Positions 28,622 through 42,175 of a stretch of DNA of 64,000 nt are shown here, one piece after another. Position 1 is the stretch's first letter, and each line of letters starts with the position of its first letter. The notes under the pieces are model-generated. The model saw only the letters and a program-made list of their open reading frames with translations, was not told the origin of the DNA and did no database searches. The translations under genes and the position numbers were made by a program. Where the stretch lies: assembly GCF_009914755.1 (NCBI RefSeq), contig NC_060937.1; one strand, given 5' to 3'. This stretch comes from the human T2T-CHM13v2.0 reference genome, Homo sapiens.

Positions 28622-29559
28622 TGAACCAAAATTATGCTTTGTTAGAAATAGAATTTAACCAAAAATAATAGGCAGCGTTTATAGTAGGTATAAGAAAGTT
28701 CAACGCCAACAAGAAGAGCTTATTTATAGACTGACAGGTATCAATACATGGATGTGCTAGAAAAACAAAGCCTAAGTAGGTTAATATATATCTCACTAAT
28801 GCCAGTTGCTATTTTCTGAGTGCTTACTGTGAAAATAGCTAGCAATTACATAGCATGTATTATGTACCACAGACGAGTCTAACCACTTTACACACGTTAA
28901 CTCACACACAGCTAATGAGTGAGGCCCCCAGGACTTGTACCCAGGCAACTTGGCTCTGGAGTTTGGGCTCTTTTGTCCCTTCATTGTGTGCTAATGTCTG
29001 TACCCTCATGTCTGGGGGTAACATACTGTATGTTACTCTCAGGATGTTATTAAATGTTTTAAACCACCCCAGGCGATAATAGAGGAGAAAAGTGAAACTT
29101 CGAGAGGTGAAGGAACTAGCCTGAGAAGTGATAAGGGGGTTTCAAAGTGAGGTTTGCCTGACTCTAAAACCCATTCTCCAGGCCTCTTCTGTTTGCATCT
29201 GTCCCCTTCTCCCTCTGCCATGACCCTGGCGGGAAGGTAGGCTGCTCCCATTGGCCATCCACCCTCACTGTTCCTCCCCAGCCCAGAAGGCTCCCTGCAC
29301 ATTGACTTACTGCTTCACTCCTCCTTCCAAATGCCTTTACTTCATTTCTGTAGGGAAGAAAATGGGATTAGTCTATTACTGTAGCCTGTCTTTGAATAGA
29401 GTATGCTACTCAAATGAAGTTTTCATTGGTCAGTCTTTGGACCCTAAGATAAGAATCTCAGAGAGCATTAAGGGAATATTTTTTATTAACAGGTCTCTTC
29501 AGACTATAAATAGTCTATAAATCACACCCCCTGAGTTCTTCGCTTTGTCTGTTATAAGC

Positions 29560-29770
29560 AAAGCTGGCTCAATACCACAGTATGCCACATACTACCGGTG
29601 TGATCTCTGACAAGTCCTGTGAGCTCTCTGTACCTCAGTTTCCCATCTGCAAAAGGGGATAAAAATATACCTACCTCATGGGGAGTGGGAGGATTCATTG
29701 AGCTAAACTATGGAAAGCAGTGCTTAGAAAGGTAACAGCAAGTGCAATGTGAATGTTTGCTATTACTGTA
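29560..29770 (+). mobile_element. MIR
   Basis: ctctctgtacctcagtttcccatctgcaaaaggggataaaaatatacctacctcatggg. Confidence 0.8.
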
Positions 29771-30894
29771 TATCCCCTGGTCATTGCCCTGGCATGGAAT
29801 AAGGAAATACGCTTTCTCCCTTCCTCCATCCCCATTCTTCTCTCAATCTAGAAACACTTTCTGCCACCGGTTTCCAAGAAAGCTTGTTTTCTACTTCATA
29901 GAGTGGAGAATTGGGTTGCTTTAAAAAACTTGCTATTTGTATCATGTTTTTCTTCCTTAAAGGACTTTTCTTCCAACCAGCATTTCTTTCCATGAGACTA
30001 AACACAGGAAGGCTCTTCTAAGAGAAATTTTTGAAAGAATTGTCATGGGTCTCGTTTTCAGGAATGGCCAAACTGGTAAAAGTCTGCTTACCATGAGAAA
30101 TGTTCACAAACTACCACAAACAAGAGTGTGCACAGTACCTAAAAATGTACTTTGTTCAAATGCAAAAAAAAAAAAAAAAAAAAAGAGCTTTTTTTTTTTT
30201 TACATTTACCAGCATTGGAGGGTAACTTTGCATTATTCTGGATGCTTTGCATGCTGCTTCTTAAGCTTCTTTTAAAAGAAATTTAAGAGAAGGAGACAAA
30301 AAGAGAATGGCGCAATTAAAAAAAAAAAAAGCACCCTTTGCTTATGTAACTCCTGCCATGGCAATTTAAGGGAAATAGACGGCCTAAGCAGTGTTATCCC
30401 ATCTCATTGTACAATCCACTGACAATTTTCACCTCCCTTGATAGAAACTTCATCCTTTCCTACTTTTTCAGGGGACTGTTAATCTTTCTCATTCACAATC
30501 TATTTCCCAAGCCATGTGAATTCCAATTATTCATGTTTAACACCTTCTTTGCTTTGTATACTGAGAAAAGCTTTGAAACATATAGGCAGAAGCCCTGTGC
30601 TGCTACCTACGACTTCAGAAATACTTGAATGTATGTTTCCATAATAATTCATAGCAGTAACTCACAATACTGTAGCACATGCTGCAACTTCAAATGAATG
30701 GATAATTGGTCAGGGAATTATGGAGGAAACCAGATAAATAGTGAAGTATCTGCATAGTCTGAGGTACACAGGTTTTCCTAGATGGGATAGCATAAGACAC
30801 GCCGCTTCCTGTGAGCATGAGGACAGGCACTCTTGTCCTCTGAACTGACAGATCGGTATCTGATGACCAACAGTGATTCTCCTCAACTTAACGG

Positions 30895-31900
30895 GGTTTT
30901 AAAAAAATAAATTTAAGGGGTACAAGTGCAATTTTGGTATGTGCATATATTGCACTGTGGTGAAATCTTGGCTTTTAATGTATCCTTAATTATCCTTAAT
31001 TTTAATGTATCCTTAATTTTAATGTATCCATAATGCAATATGCAATGTACCCATTAAGTATTTTTTATTCCTTACCCCCCCAATCCTTCCAAGTTTCCAA
31101 TATCTGTCATTCCACACTCTATGTCCATGTGCTCACATTATTTAGCTCCCACTTATAAGTGAGAACACATGGTACCCGAAATTGTATTTCTGAGTTCTTT
31201 CAATGAAGATTATGGGCTCCAATTCCATCTATGATGATGCAAAAGACATAATTTTATTTTTTATGGCTGAGTAGTATTCCATTGTGTATATGTGTATATG
31301 TATATATACATACATATATACCATTTTTCTTTATCTAGTCATCTGTTGCTAAACTTAGGTTGATTCCATATCTTTGCTATTGTGAATAGTGCTGCAATAA
31401 ACAAATAAGTGCAGATATCTTATTGATATAATGATTTCTTTTCCTTTGGGTAGATGCCCAGTAATGGGATTGCTGGATTGAATGGTAGTTCTGTTTTTAG
31501 TTCTCTGAGAAATTGTTTTCCATAGAGGCTTGTACTAATTTACATTCCCACCAACAGTGTATAAGCATCCCCTTTTCTCTACATCCTCACCAACATCTGT
31601 TGTTTTTTGTCTCTTTAATAATAGCCATTCTGTCTGGTGTAAGATAATATCTCATCGTGGTTTTTATTTGTGTTTCTCTGATGATTAGTGATGTTGAGTA
31701 TTTTTCTCAGATGCTTTGTAGCCATTTGTACATCTTTTGAGAAATGTCTATTCATCTTCTTTGCCCATTTTTTAATGGAGTTGTTTGTTTTTGTTATTGT
31801 TCGGTTGTTTGAGTTTCGTATACATTCTGGATATTAGTCCCCAGTTGGATGCATAGTTTGAAAATATTTTATCCTATTCTACAGGTTCTGCATTCACTTT
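30895..31900 (-). mobile_element. L1MA (L1MA2/3-like) 3' fragment
   Basis: Antisense L1 3' UTR and ORF2 end (ttagctcccacttataagtgagaac, tttacattcccaccaacagtgtat); local tandem copies of ttttaatgtatcc at ~30973-31030. Confidence 0.88.
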
Positions 31901-33574
31901 AACAGTTTGATTAAAAAGCAGTTTTTGTTCTTACATGCCTTTCCTTTCCAGTGTCTGCCCTGTATTTAACATAAAAGACATTGGGCCACTTTCTGTTGGG
32001 GGTCCTGTGATTCTGCCCTACAAGACATGCTTAGTTAATGGCCTCATCTCAGACAACAGGCCAGCAGGGTCTGTCTGGAGCCACAGCCTCATTACTGTCC
32101 ATGGCTCTCACATGTGCCCTTGATCATTCCTTCTGTCTGCTTTGAGTAGACTGCCCTCCTTCAGCTCACAGTGCAGCAATTGTTTTGACATCTTGTTATC
32201 ACACATCCTATTCATAGGCACAGATAAGAAAAGCTGTGTCCAAATAAGCATAGTGCTATTGCATTTTCTTCATTAGATCAGATGATTAAGTTATCTAATT
32301 ATGGGTATCCTTAAGTCCATGGTGGCCAGATTTACACCATTATACCACTGAGCAAGATTTGTATTGCTGGTTGAATCCAGAGAAAACACAGACTAAATTT
32401 AAATTTTGTGTTTTATCCCTTTAGCTTTCCTTAGTTCCAAGAGTTCTCTTTGAAGTCAATGTTCTTAAGCTAGAATGATGAACACATTATTTTAATAAGG
32501 TCAGAGCCATGGCTTTAATCTATCCATTTGTCAGTTAATGTCACGCAATTCCATGATCACAGACCAGACTAGTCCCAGGCAATTGTCTCAGAAATGACTA
32601 TAAGTTACCAGGAAGAACAGCCTAACAAAATGTGGCTAAGTCAGCATAAACCTACCATCCACCCTACAAAATATGAATCATTTTTCTTGTGTAAACAACA
32701 GCAATGAATGTTGAAGAGTTCCATTAAGAGTGCCATTCACCCAGTGTTCATGAAAACAGCTCTAAACCAGTACATGTACTAATACCTAATATCTGTAATT
32801 AATATCTACAGTGTCAAAAGTTCAGATTCTAATGTTCATGCAAGCAATGACACCACAACCACCAAAGCTTTCATGAATTTTTCTTTATGGTCTTGAAGCA
32901 TAAAATATATTGAAATTGGCTCTGCCCCAGAGTAATTGTGACAAAGTTTGGCATGCCATTAGAACTTATATTAATAAACTGGGCATAAAGTCCAATCATC
33001 AATATACATTCTCTGAAGTCAGTATTTCCCACATCAAAACAGCCAGAAGGGTGGATATCCTGGCCCAAGGACATGGCCCATCTTGTCCCAGGGGTAGATG
33101 TAGTCCTACAACTAAGATGAATCAATCAATCTCCTTTTGCCAAATGCCATGGATTATTCAAACCACACAATTAATTCCCCTGATTCAAAGTAGAATTTCT
33201 GTGGCTCGTCCATAAGGATGAAATGCACTCATCCACTGATACTAGCACTCATTTATTCACTGAATTCAACAAACAGGCATTATCTGCTTCATTCAGGCTC
33301 AGGATTATAGTATCCTCATGGAGCTTCAACTCTAGACAGATATTGATCAAATAATTTTATAAATACATATAAAATCCCAGTCGTGATAAATGAAAAATAG
33401 AGATCTAAAAGTGCACAAAACAATCTGAACACTGCAGCATTGATTATCATTATACTCGAAAAATAGAAATAGAATATTTTACTTTCAGAGTTCTTGTGGA
33501 GATGAAATTTGATATACATAAAAATATATTTTACACTATACATACCTAGATATAAGTAAGGATCACTTTACTCT

Positions 33575-33895
33575 GGTGGATAGGCTAGCCTATGCTGCAG
33601 TAATAAGTAATAAATAATATCTCAGTAACTGAATATGCCAAAGGTTTATTTCTCACTTGGGCAAAATTGTCTGCAAGCCTGGCAGCTCTCCAGGGTAGCT
33701 CCCTTCAAGCAGTGAATCAGGAATCCAAGCCACTTGTATCTTGTGGCTTCAGTATCTCAAGATGTGGCTTCCAGGTGAGTGGCAACAAAAGTCCAAAGCA
33801 AGTGAATCAGACAGTCATGCACTGGCTCTTAAATGCTCCATCTCACCACAAGGGCACTACTAAATGCACAGGGGAACATGGATATATTCAGGAAA
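33575..33895 (-). mobile_element. Old LTR (MLT1K/L-like)
   Basis: tatgctgcagtaat...aaggtttatttctcac...caggaatccaagc pattern typical of antisense old MaLR LTRs. Confidence 0.5.
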
Positions 33896-35188
33896 CATTT
33901 CTGCCAGGCATAAGAAGAGCATGGCTCTTGAACCGGTCACCTGACTCTTCAGAGATGATCTTCTCATAGTTCAAGTGGGAAGGGTAATTCAAGCTATTTC
34001 ACAAGAGAAAGGGGGTTAATGCGAGGATCTTTCAACACTTCAAGGAGCCACAGAAAAGGCTATTACTATTATTTCTACCACAACTACCAATAACACCAGC
34101 AACACTAAGAAAAATAATAAAAAATGAGTTATAAGCACAACTGGGCTGGACCAGCTTCTGTCAATGGAAAAAGAGAGCCAGTCTAGGTGGGCACCTAAGA
34201 CTTGGCAGCATCCTCACCAAGTCACTTGCTGGTAGAATACAGAAGGCAGTAGCAGCACCAAAGCAAACCAATACAGACCCTGGCCCTCTCCTAATCTCCT
34301 GGTATGCTCAAGTTGACTTCTGGGTCACTACACATTTACCCAGTTTTCCTACTGGCCTAGTCTAAAATTGTCTAATTGGGTTAACAGACCCAGTTTAAAG
34401 AAATAAGGCTAAATATACCCAGTTACATAAGCACTTTCTCATCCTGTAGAACATTATCCTAGGTCAGAAATGAGGAATATTGCTTGTTTAACTGGCATAG
34501 TTGTCCCTGTTTTCCCATTATGGAGCCAATGGCCCTGATCTAAATTACAGACCCTCCTTTACCTAACTAAAAACCAAGAAGCCAATGAAGAAGCAATTTC
34601 TGGTTATCATTATGGCTCCCAATCGTCTTTGGTAAGATGGAAACTCAGGTGATGTTTATCTATTTGAGAAATTTTATTTATTTATGCTCTCTTAAGCAAT
34701 CATGCTCAGCACCAATATATCTGCTTAATATGCTCCTTTATTGCTTTAGTGATAGATACGACCATTAGGTGCCCAGCATGACAAATGTGTATTTGGGATC
34801 TTGTGCAAATTATACTGAACTCTTTATCATGTGTTTCAGTTCTCTATCTGCCTGTGCAGGCTATTCACAGCCAGAGCAAAGCAGCAATGTGCAGTAAAGT
34901 TAATGGCAATATCAAAATTTTTAAAAAAAGAAAGTTTCTATAAAAACAAGTAGAGGTGAAAGGAAAAGAAATTAGAGTAATTGACTGTAAGAAAAAAAGT
35001 AACAGAGATTCCAGAGATCAAGGATAGACGTCCAAAGGCTTGGGAGATTAATGTAACCACTACAAAAAGAAGATTCTAAGAAAAACAACCTACAAGACCT
35101 ACTGAAAATAAATGGCTGTTTCAGAAAATTGAATAAAATCTAAAATGCTAAAAAGATAGAAAGGATATAGTAAACTAAACTGCATTTA

Positions 35189-35544
<356 letters not shown>

Positions 35545-35721
35545 TTATTGTAAGAAGGTTTATAGCTGAAATGTATGTCATTATTAAAAGGTATACCGTG
35601 ACCCAAAGCGAATCAAAAAGAAAACAGAAACACTTTGCTGTTGTTGTCTATTAAGAGAAGTTATAAAATCTCAGGAAATTTTCTCCAAAACTAAAGTTTG
35701 AGAAATCACAAAAGAGTGACA

Positions 35722-35724
<3 letters not shown>

Positions 35725-35754
<30 letters not shown>
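35725..35754. repeat. Poly(A) tract (~30 nt)
   Basis: Uninterrupted A run. Confidence 0.95.
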
Positions 35755-35758
<4 letters not shown>

Positions 35759-36194
35759 CTATTTATTCTTGAAAAGATACAAATGTGAAATTTAGAAAAA
35801 TAAGTAGGGTAGGGGCCAGAGCCATGAGAAGATGGTTTAGCAACAGGTTAATTTATTATTTTGGATCTGGTAATTGGTTTTGTTGTATAATAGTGACAAG
35901 AACGGTACAGTGCCAGGAAAGTTTGGGAAGATGCTATCAATTTTACTTTAAAATGAAAATCTGTTGTTTCTGTGTTTTAACATTTTTAGTAACATTTTCT
36001 AAGTGTTTGGGGGGATATGGAGGAAGGTGGTTTTATATATGACCTTATTATTGGTAGAGATTCACCCTTAACTAAATAGTAAATTATATTACCATTTTAA
36101 GCTTAATTTATGAAAATTGTCCACATATTAGTAAGTATGTCACATGAAAATAAATATGTTGGGACATTTCAAAGAAGACTTGTCCACATGTTTT

Positions 36195-36410
36195 TATGTA
36201 TATATGGTGGGGGATATGAGTATGGGTGTGACTGCTTGTGTGTGTAGGGTATGTTTATGTACATTTGTATGTCTTGTGAGTATATGTGTGCCTGTATGAT
36301 TGTGCATGTGAGTGTATGTGTAGGAGAGTGTAAGTGTGAGTGAATGTGTGAATATGTATGTACGAAAATGTGTGGAAGTGAATATGAGTGTATATGTGAG
36401 TGTGATGAGG
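36195..36410. repeat. Degenerate (TG/TA)n low-complexity tract
   Basis: tgtgtgtagggtatgtttatgtac...gtgagtgtgatg; produces the His/Thr-rich spurious minus-strand ORFs. Confidence 0.85.
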
Positions 36411-37164
36411 AGTTGTTGCTGACACAACACATCTAATAAACCAAAGGGGTAAGGCATTTCTATGGCCTGGAAAGGGACAAAGAGTAGAGGTATTTATGGG
36501 TTAATTAGCTCGACAACTTGCTTCTTATGCATTCCCTTAGCCAGACTGCATTCAACACCAAAGTCATTTCCTAAATGGTCCCTTAGAAGCTGGGGCCTGT
36601 CTTCTGTCTTCCTTTCACTGTTCTCTCTATCCTTGTTTGCCAAAGAAAACAGAAAGGACTCCAATAACATCCCCTATTAGCTCCTGACCATGTCTGTCTC
36701 AGTTCTAGGCTCTATCTCTGCAAGGAATGGTGCCAACCTCCACCGGTTCATCCAGGCTGATGAATTCCTCCAAGCCTTGATTAAAAGCACTTTTTTCAAG
36801 AAACCTTCTGTACCCAGCCTTCCCCCACATAGACCTCTCCCTCAACTCCTAAGAACAGCAATTATCATTTGGAGTCACATATTCTAGCTATTTGCTCTCT
36901 GTACATATACAAAGCCCCTTCCAGCTTTACAGTTCTATGATTCAGTGTTGTCACCTTCTGATTTAGAGTAAAAGTTTGTCAAAGGAAGGAGGCCAATCTC
37001 CTCTTTTATACTTCTCACAAATTACTATAATGTCATGCTCAAATTATTTGTTCAAATCATCTTGGATTAAGTGGAAGTTTTATGAGTGTTTCTTATACTA
37101 TTCTTGCAACCTTTCTATATGTTCAAAAAATTTGAATGGTTGGGGAAAATAATCTTTGATGAGA

Positions 37165-37305
37165 AAAATCGGGGAGGTGTTGGATATGTCTATTACCTTG
37201 ATTGTGGTGATAGGATCACAGGTGTTTACATATGTCCAAACTCATTAACATGTATACATTAAATATATGCAGTTCTTTGTATAGCATTATACCTCAATAC
37301 AACTA
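37165..37305 (+). mobile_element. L1MC/MD 3' terminal fragment
   Basis: ttgattgtggtgataggatcacaggtgtttacatatgtccaaactcatt...tatacctcaata. Confidence 0.7.
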
Positions 37306-37659
37306 ATAGTCTGTGATGAAAATTCAAGGAATATAACCAATATTTTTCTCCCTCTGCTATGTACCAGATGCTCCTTAATCCTTCCAAAAAGCAGCCCTTT
37401 TAGATAGGCCCTTTGATCATTTTATAGGTGGGAAACAGGCATCTCAAAATCATGTCCAAGATCACGCAGCTGAGAAGTAGCAGATTCTGGATATGAATTT
37501 AACTCCTTATGTCGTTTCCACCAGACCATGTAGCCTAAATATTACTTCTCACTGGTGTACAGCTGGTGATTAATAAATGCTTATTGAATTGAATTAACTG
37601 TACAGAGATGAAATCACATGGCTATCTACCCAGGGAAATTATAATAATTACAGAGATTA

Positions 37660-39210
37660 AATTTTATTGAGAACTATGTGCCTGGCATTGCATCAGATAA
37701 GCCTTTATTATATATCTCAATTAATTGTCACAAAATTTGTTTTTGACATAGCTACAATTATGTTCCTCATTTTAAAGATGAGTGAAATAAAATCCAGACA
37801 ATTTAAGTAACTTCTCCAAGGCCTTTGTTTTTCAGCCTATTTTCTGTCTTATCCATAGTGAGTCTATTCTATTGATCTGTCCTCAAATTCACTGGTTCAG
37901 TCCTCTATCATCTCCATTGTGCTACTGAGCCCATCCAGCTAGGTTTTACTTTGGTTACTGAATTTTTTCAATTCTACAATTTTCATGTTTTTTTAATGAC
38001 TGCTACTTCTTTGCTTAGATTTCCTAATTTTTTATTTGTTTCAAAAGAATTTTTTAATTGTTTCTGGGGAACTTTTATAATGACTGCTATAAAATATTTG
38101 TCTGATCACTTCCACATCTGCTTGCTTCTCTCATGCATGTTGTGATCTTCCTGGTTTTTAGAATGACACATGACTTTCTATTGTATTCTGGGAATTGTAG
38201 ATATTCTATTATGAAACTCTACACCCTATTGAATCTTCTGTTTTTAGCAGGAAGTCCCCTTGGGAAGTGCAGTGCAAGGGTTGGGTGGGTGTGTACTTCC
38301 AAGTTCCCACTGGGCCCTGAAAACCCTCCCTTGGCAAGAGTGGGACACTGACTCACACTGCTTCATTGCAGATAGGTTGTTCCTATTCTGCTTCCTCTTC
38401 GGCTCTGGTGACACCTTCCTGGTGAAACAGGACACCAACTCCCACCCCACTGGGCTCCACTGACACAAGGTAAGGAGAGGGAGGGAAGCAGAGCACCAAC
38501 TAGCCTGCCTCCCATCACATAATTCTGTCTTGTTGCTACTGGATGGGGGTGGATGCTCAGCTCCCCACTTGGCCCCACTAACACCAGAAAAAAAAGTGCA
38601 GCACGGATGAACCCCAGCATGTACTTAAGTCTCATTGCTGCTGGGTCTAGATGGAGACTCAAATCACCACTGGACCCCACTGACACCAACCTGGCAGGAG
38701 AATTGCACAGCCTGGTTTCATTTGGTCCTGCTAGCACCATCTGGTAGGAGAATGGAATCTTCTGCCCAGCAGGGGGTAAGGGGTAGAGGGGCATTTTTCC
38801 ATTGGTGGTTGGCATTTGTCTAGAGTAGGGTAGGTACTGCCAAAATGCTTCCTGGTCCTTTGCCTAGAAACAGGCCTTTGTCAGAGCTTTTTATGTCTGT
38901 GCCTGTTTGTGGCTCTGGTTTAAAGGCTTCTACAGCACCTGTGCAAGATACTCAGGAGGAAATAAGAGAGCCCAGGAGCTCACCACAGTGCCATTCCTCA
39001 GGTCCTGAAGTCCTGGGCAGCTCGGCCTTCTTTCGCTTTTCAAAGACTTCCAATGCTGGTGTGTTGTATTAAGCCCAAGATTTTTAGTTGTAAAGGACCT
39101 ACGAGGAATGTATCTACCCCATCTTGGAGGAACCAGAACGATCTAAGGTCTTATAAACTCATAAATAGTGAGGCCAGAATTTGAACCCAGGATGTCTAGT
39201 CACAGGAACT
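37660..39210 (-). mobile_element. MIR split by an L1 5' fragment (halves ~37660-37822 and ~39143-39210)
   Basis: cattttaaagatgag...aagtaacttctccaagg, continuing as aaggtc...ccagaatttgaacccagg. Confidence 0.65.
37824..39142 (-). mobile_element. Old L1M 5' UTR plus start of ORF1
   Basis: Antisense ORF1-like sequence (tctattgatctgtcctcaaattcactg, gctactgagcccatccag) leading to an L1M-type 5' end (ctaccccatcttggaggaaccagaa). Confidence 0.65.
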
Positions 39211-39251
39211 GTTTTTTGTTATGCTAAAACTAGTAATAATAAAAACAATTA

Positions 39252-39630
39252 TATATTAGCTTGCTAGGGCTGTCATAATAAAATACCACAGAGCAGGTAG
39301 TATAAACAACAGAAATTTCTTTTCTCACAGTTCTGGAGGCTAGAAGTATGAGACCAAGGTGTTGGCAGGGTTGGTTTTTGCTGGGGCCTCTCTCCTTGGC
39401 TTGTAGATGGCTGCCTTCTTGCTATGTTCTTATAGGCTTTCCTCCATATGTGTCTGTGTCCAAATTTTCTCTTATTACAAGGCTAGTCACATTGGATTAC
39501 AGCCCACACAAATAACCTCATGTTAATTACCTCTTTAAAAAAACCTCTTTCTAAATACAGTCTCCTTCTGAAGTACTGGAGGTTAGGGCTTCAACATGAA
39601 TTTTTGGAGGACACCACTCAGTGTGTAGCA
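39252..39630 (-). mobile_element. MLT1A/B-like solo LTR
   Basis: tattagcttgctagggctg...ttctcacagttctggaggctagaag...ggttagggcttcaacatgaattttt. Confidence 0.85.
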
Positions 39631-40109
39631 ATATGTTATATAACATTATACTATATAGAACAGTATGTTACATAAATGCAGGATATTATAGATATGTATT
39701 ATATATCATCTGAGAAAAGTAGCCTGAATGTACAATTGGCTCTTGGCATCAGGGTGAATTCACCAATTTGCACATTAACCATGACGAACACCCATTTCCC
39801 TGGCCATTTTCCTGAATAACAGGCAGGCAAAGAGTATAGCTGATTGCATGTATGGAAAAGGGAAAAGCTATTGCCCCCTCTAAGCTACTTGGGTTGACAG
39901 GAAATCCATTGGCTAGGCCTCCCTTTTTTTCTGAAAAGACACCCCATGGTGTGGCTTCTCCTCTCTTGCCCTGGGAAGGTGACAGTGCTGGAAACACCCA
40001 GTGCCTCTTAGCTGCTTGTTGGGGTGATTGGTGATCTCACCGCAAGTCCTGGTGCGTCATTCCCACAGTCACTCCAAAAGCTCAGTCACCCGAAGTACAG
40101 CAGCATCCA

Positions 40110-40470
40110 ACAATATGGAACAGTTTTCGCAATGTAATAGTAAGATTCAGAAGTAAGCACCAAAACACTGCATGCAGCATGCTACTCTTTTTATAAAGTC
40201 AAACATCATTAAAACAAAACTACATAGACTTTGTAGAAAAACTATATAAATACAATAAACTATATTTTTTAAAAAGCAAGAGAATGATGAATATGGGATT
40301 CAGAGTGATGGCTGCCTTTGGTGGGTAAACATCCAGACAATGAGGTGAGGACAAAGCCATGTAACAGGTGAGGCCTAGTAACTGTGAGGATGCCAGCTTT
40401 GGTTTTTGGTTGGTGGGTTCCAAGATAATCACTGCATTATTTGAAATAACAAAATAAAATAATGATTAAA
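40110..40470 (+). mobile_element. L1ME-type 3' fragment
   Basis: aaaaagcaagagaatgatgaatatgggattcagagtgatggctgcctttgg. Confidence 0.55.
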
Positions 40471-41219
40471 TAAATAAAAACGGGGGAAACTGGGTTGCTA
40501 AGAGTTGTTGTTGGTCTTTAACTAAGAATTGGGATTATGTATTACTTTCTTCTCTCCTTTTCCTCCAATTACTAAAGAATTCACTGTGTTTCTCAAAGGA
40601 TAATAGTTTTTCTATAAACATTTTTAGTTTGTAACTGCTCAAGCCAACAAATAGCAGATCAGGAATCAGTTAGGCATATCCTGAGTAATTTTTACCTGAG
40701 GAATTTTCAAGCCTAGAAACTCCCAGCCCTAATCTCAGAGATTCTGATTCGACAGCAGGGATGAGGTCTGAGAATCTTTATTTTATGCTGAACTCCAAAG
40801 CTATCTCCTAGGAAGCCGTCCTGCCTTCAACGTCTTGATATAGTACATCTCATACATTGTGCACTCACCCTCTAAAATTTCATTTTTATCATATTACTGT
40901 TTCTTTGAAAATCTTTACTGTTTCACTATTGCTTGCCAAACCTAAATCCTCTGCCCACCTGCAAAGTCCTCTGCAATCTGGCACCACCGTAATTACCCAA
41001 AGTAATCTTACATGTCTTCCATAGTCATAGCTAGATACAATCAAGCTGTTTTCCCCTTGCCACCAATGGGAGTTCATTAGCGCCTCTGGCCTATTTTCCT
41101 GTGGCCTTTTCCTTACCTGGAAATCCTTCTCTCTCCTACACCTCTTTAGATTTGGCAAATCTTTCCAGGCCAGATTCAACTCTTTCCTTCCCATATGAGC
41201 CATTTCTGACTTGGCCAGC

Positions 41220-41574
41220 TGTATTAGTCTGTTCTCATGCTGCTAATAAAGACTACTCGGGACTGGGTAATTTATAAAGAAAAAGAGGTTTAATAGAATC
41301 ACAGTTCCACATGCTGGAGAGGCCTCACAATCATGGCAGAAGACAAAGGAGAAGCAAAGGCATGTCTTACATGGTGGCAGGGAAGAGAGCTTGTGCGGAG
41401 GAACTCCCATTTTTAAAACTGTCAGATCTCCTGAGACTTATTCACTACCAGGAGAACAATATAGGTGAAATTGCCCCCTTGATTCAATTATCTCCACCAG
41501 GCTCCACCCTTGACACGTGGGGATTACTACAATTCAAGGAGAGATTTGGGTGGGAACACAGCCAAACCATATCA
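41220..41574 (-). mobile_element. THE1C-like solo LTR
   Basis: TGTATTAGTC...CCAAACCATATCA; perfect TSD CCAGC. Confidence 0.93.
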
Positions 41575-41709
41575 CCAGCCCAATAGCCCCCAAATGAACT
41601 GTGAAGTGATTGATATATTTCCTTACTTCTTTCTTTACAGATAGTAAGCCTTCATGGAATCACAGATTTTTTTTTTTTCTTCCCCCTCATCTGATTGTGA
41701 TTTGGATTA

Positions 41710-42175
41710 TGTTGTGGACACTTATGATATCATTCCTACTAGGAACCATTCCTCTTACTTTGTCCCAAGGCTAATGCCTGAGCCACCCTGTTGGAAGTAT
41801 GACACCCACCATTGATCCTATTCATTTGGGCAGTGTTGCCTTTCTAATCCAAACTAGACCAGGAAGAGATTTGAGACAGTGAAGAAAAACAGTTTGGATA
41901 TTGTTATCTGTCATGCCTCACGCTCTGGCTAAACAATGAGCAGAGAAAGCCAATGGTCAAATAAAGAAAAGACAACATGGTTGAACAGGAAAAAGCAGAA
42001 TCCAGGACTGGAGAGAACATTCTGGTGCTGTATGAGTCCCTGCCTCAAGTTCCTCAGTCCTGACTGAATTCTCGTCCTTATATTTAGTGAGGCACCTCAG
42101 TCCCAGTGAATAAATTTCCCCCTTTCAGTTTAGCTACTTTAAATAGGATTTCTATTATTTCATCCAAAAGAATTA
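41710..42175 (+). mobile_element. Old ERVL-class LTR (LTR16/33-like)
   Basis: TGTTGTGG start; aataaatttccccctttcagtttagc...atccaaaagaa end pattern. Confidence 0.45.

Noticed and set aside
35725-35754. Solitary poly(A) retro-insertion
   Set aside because: No TSD is visible; slippage expansion is sufficient.
36169-36457. His/Thr-rich ORFs
   Set aside because: Translation of the (CA)n-like low-complexity tract.
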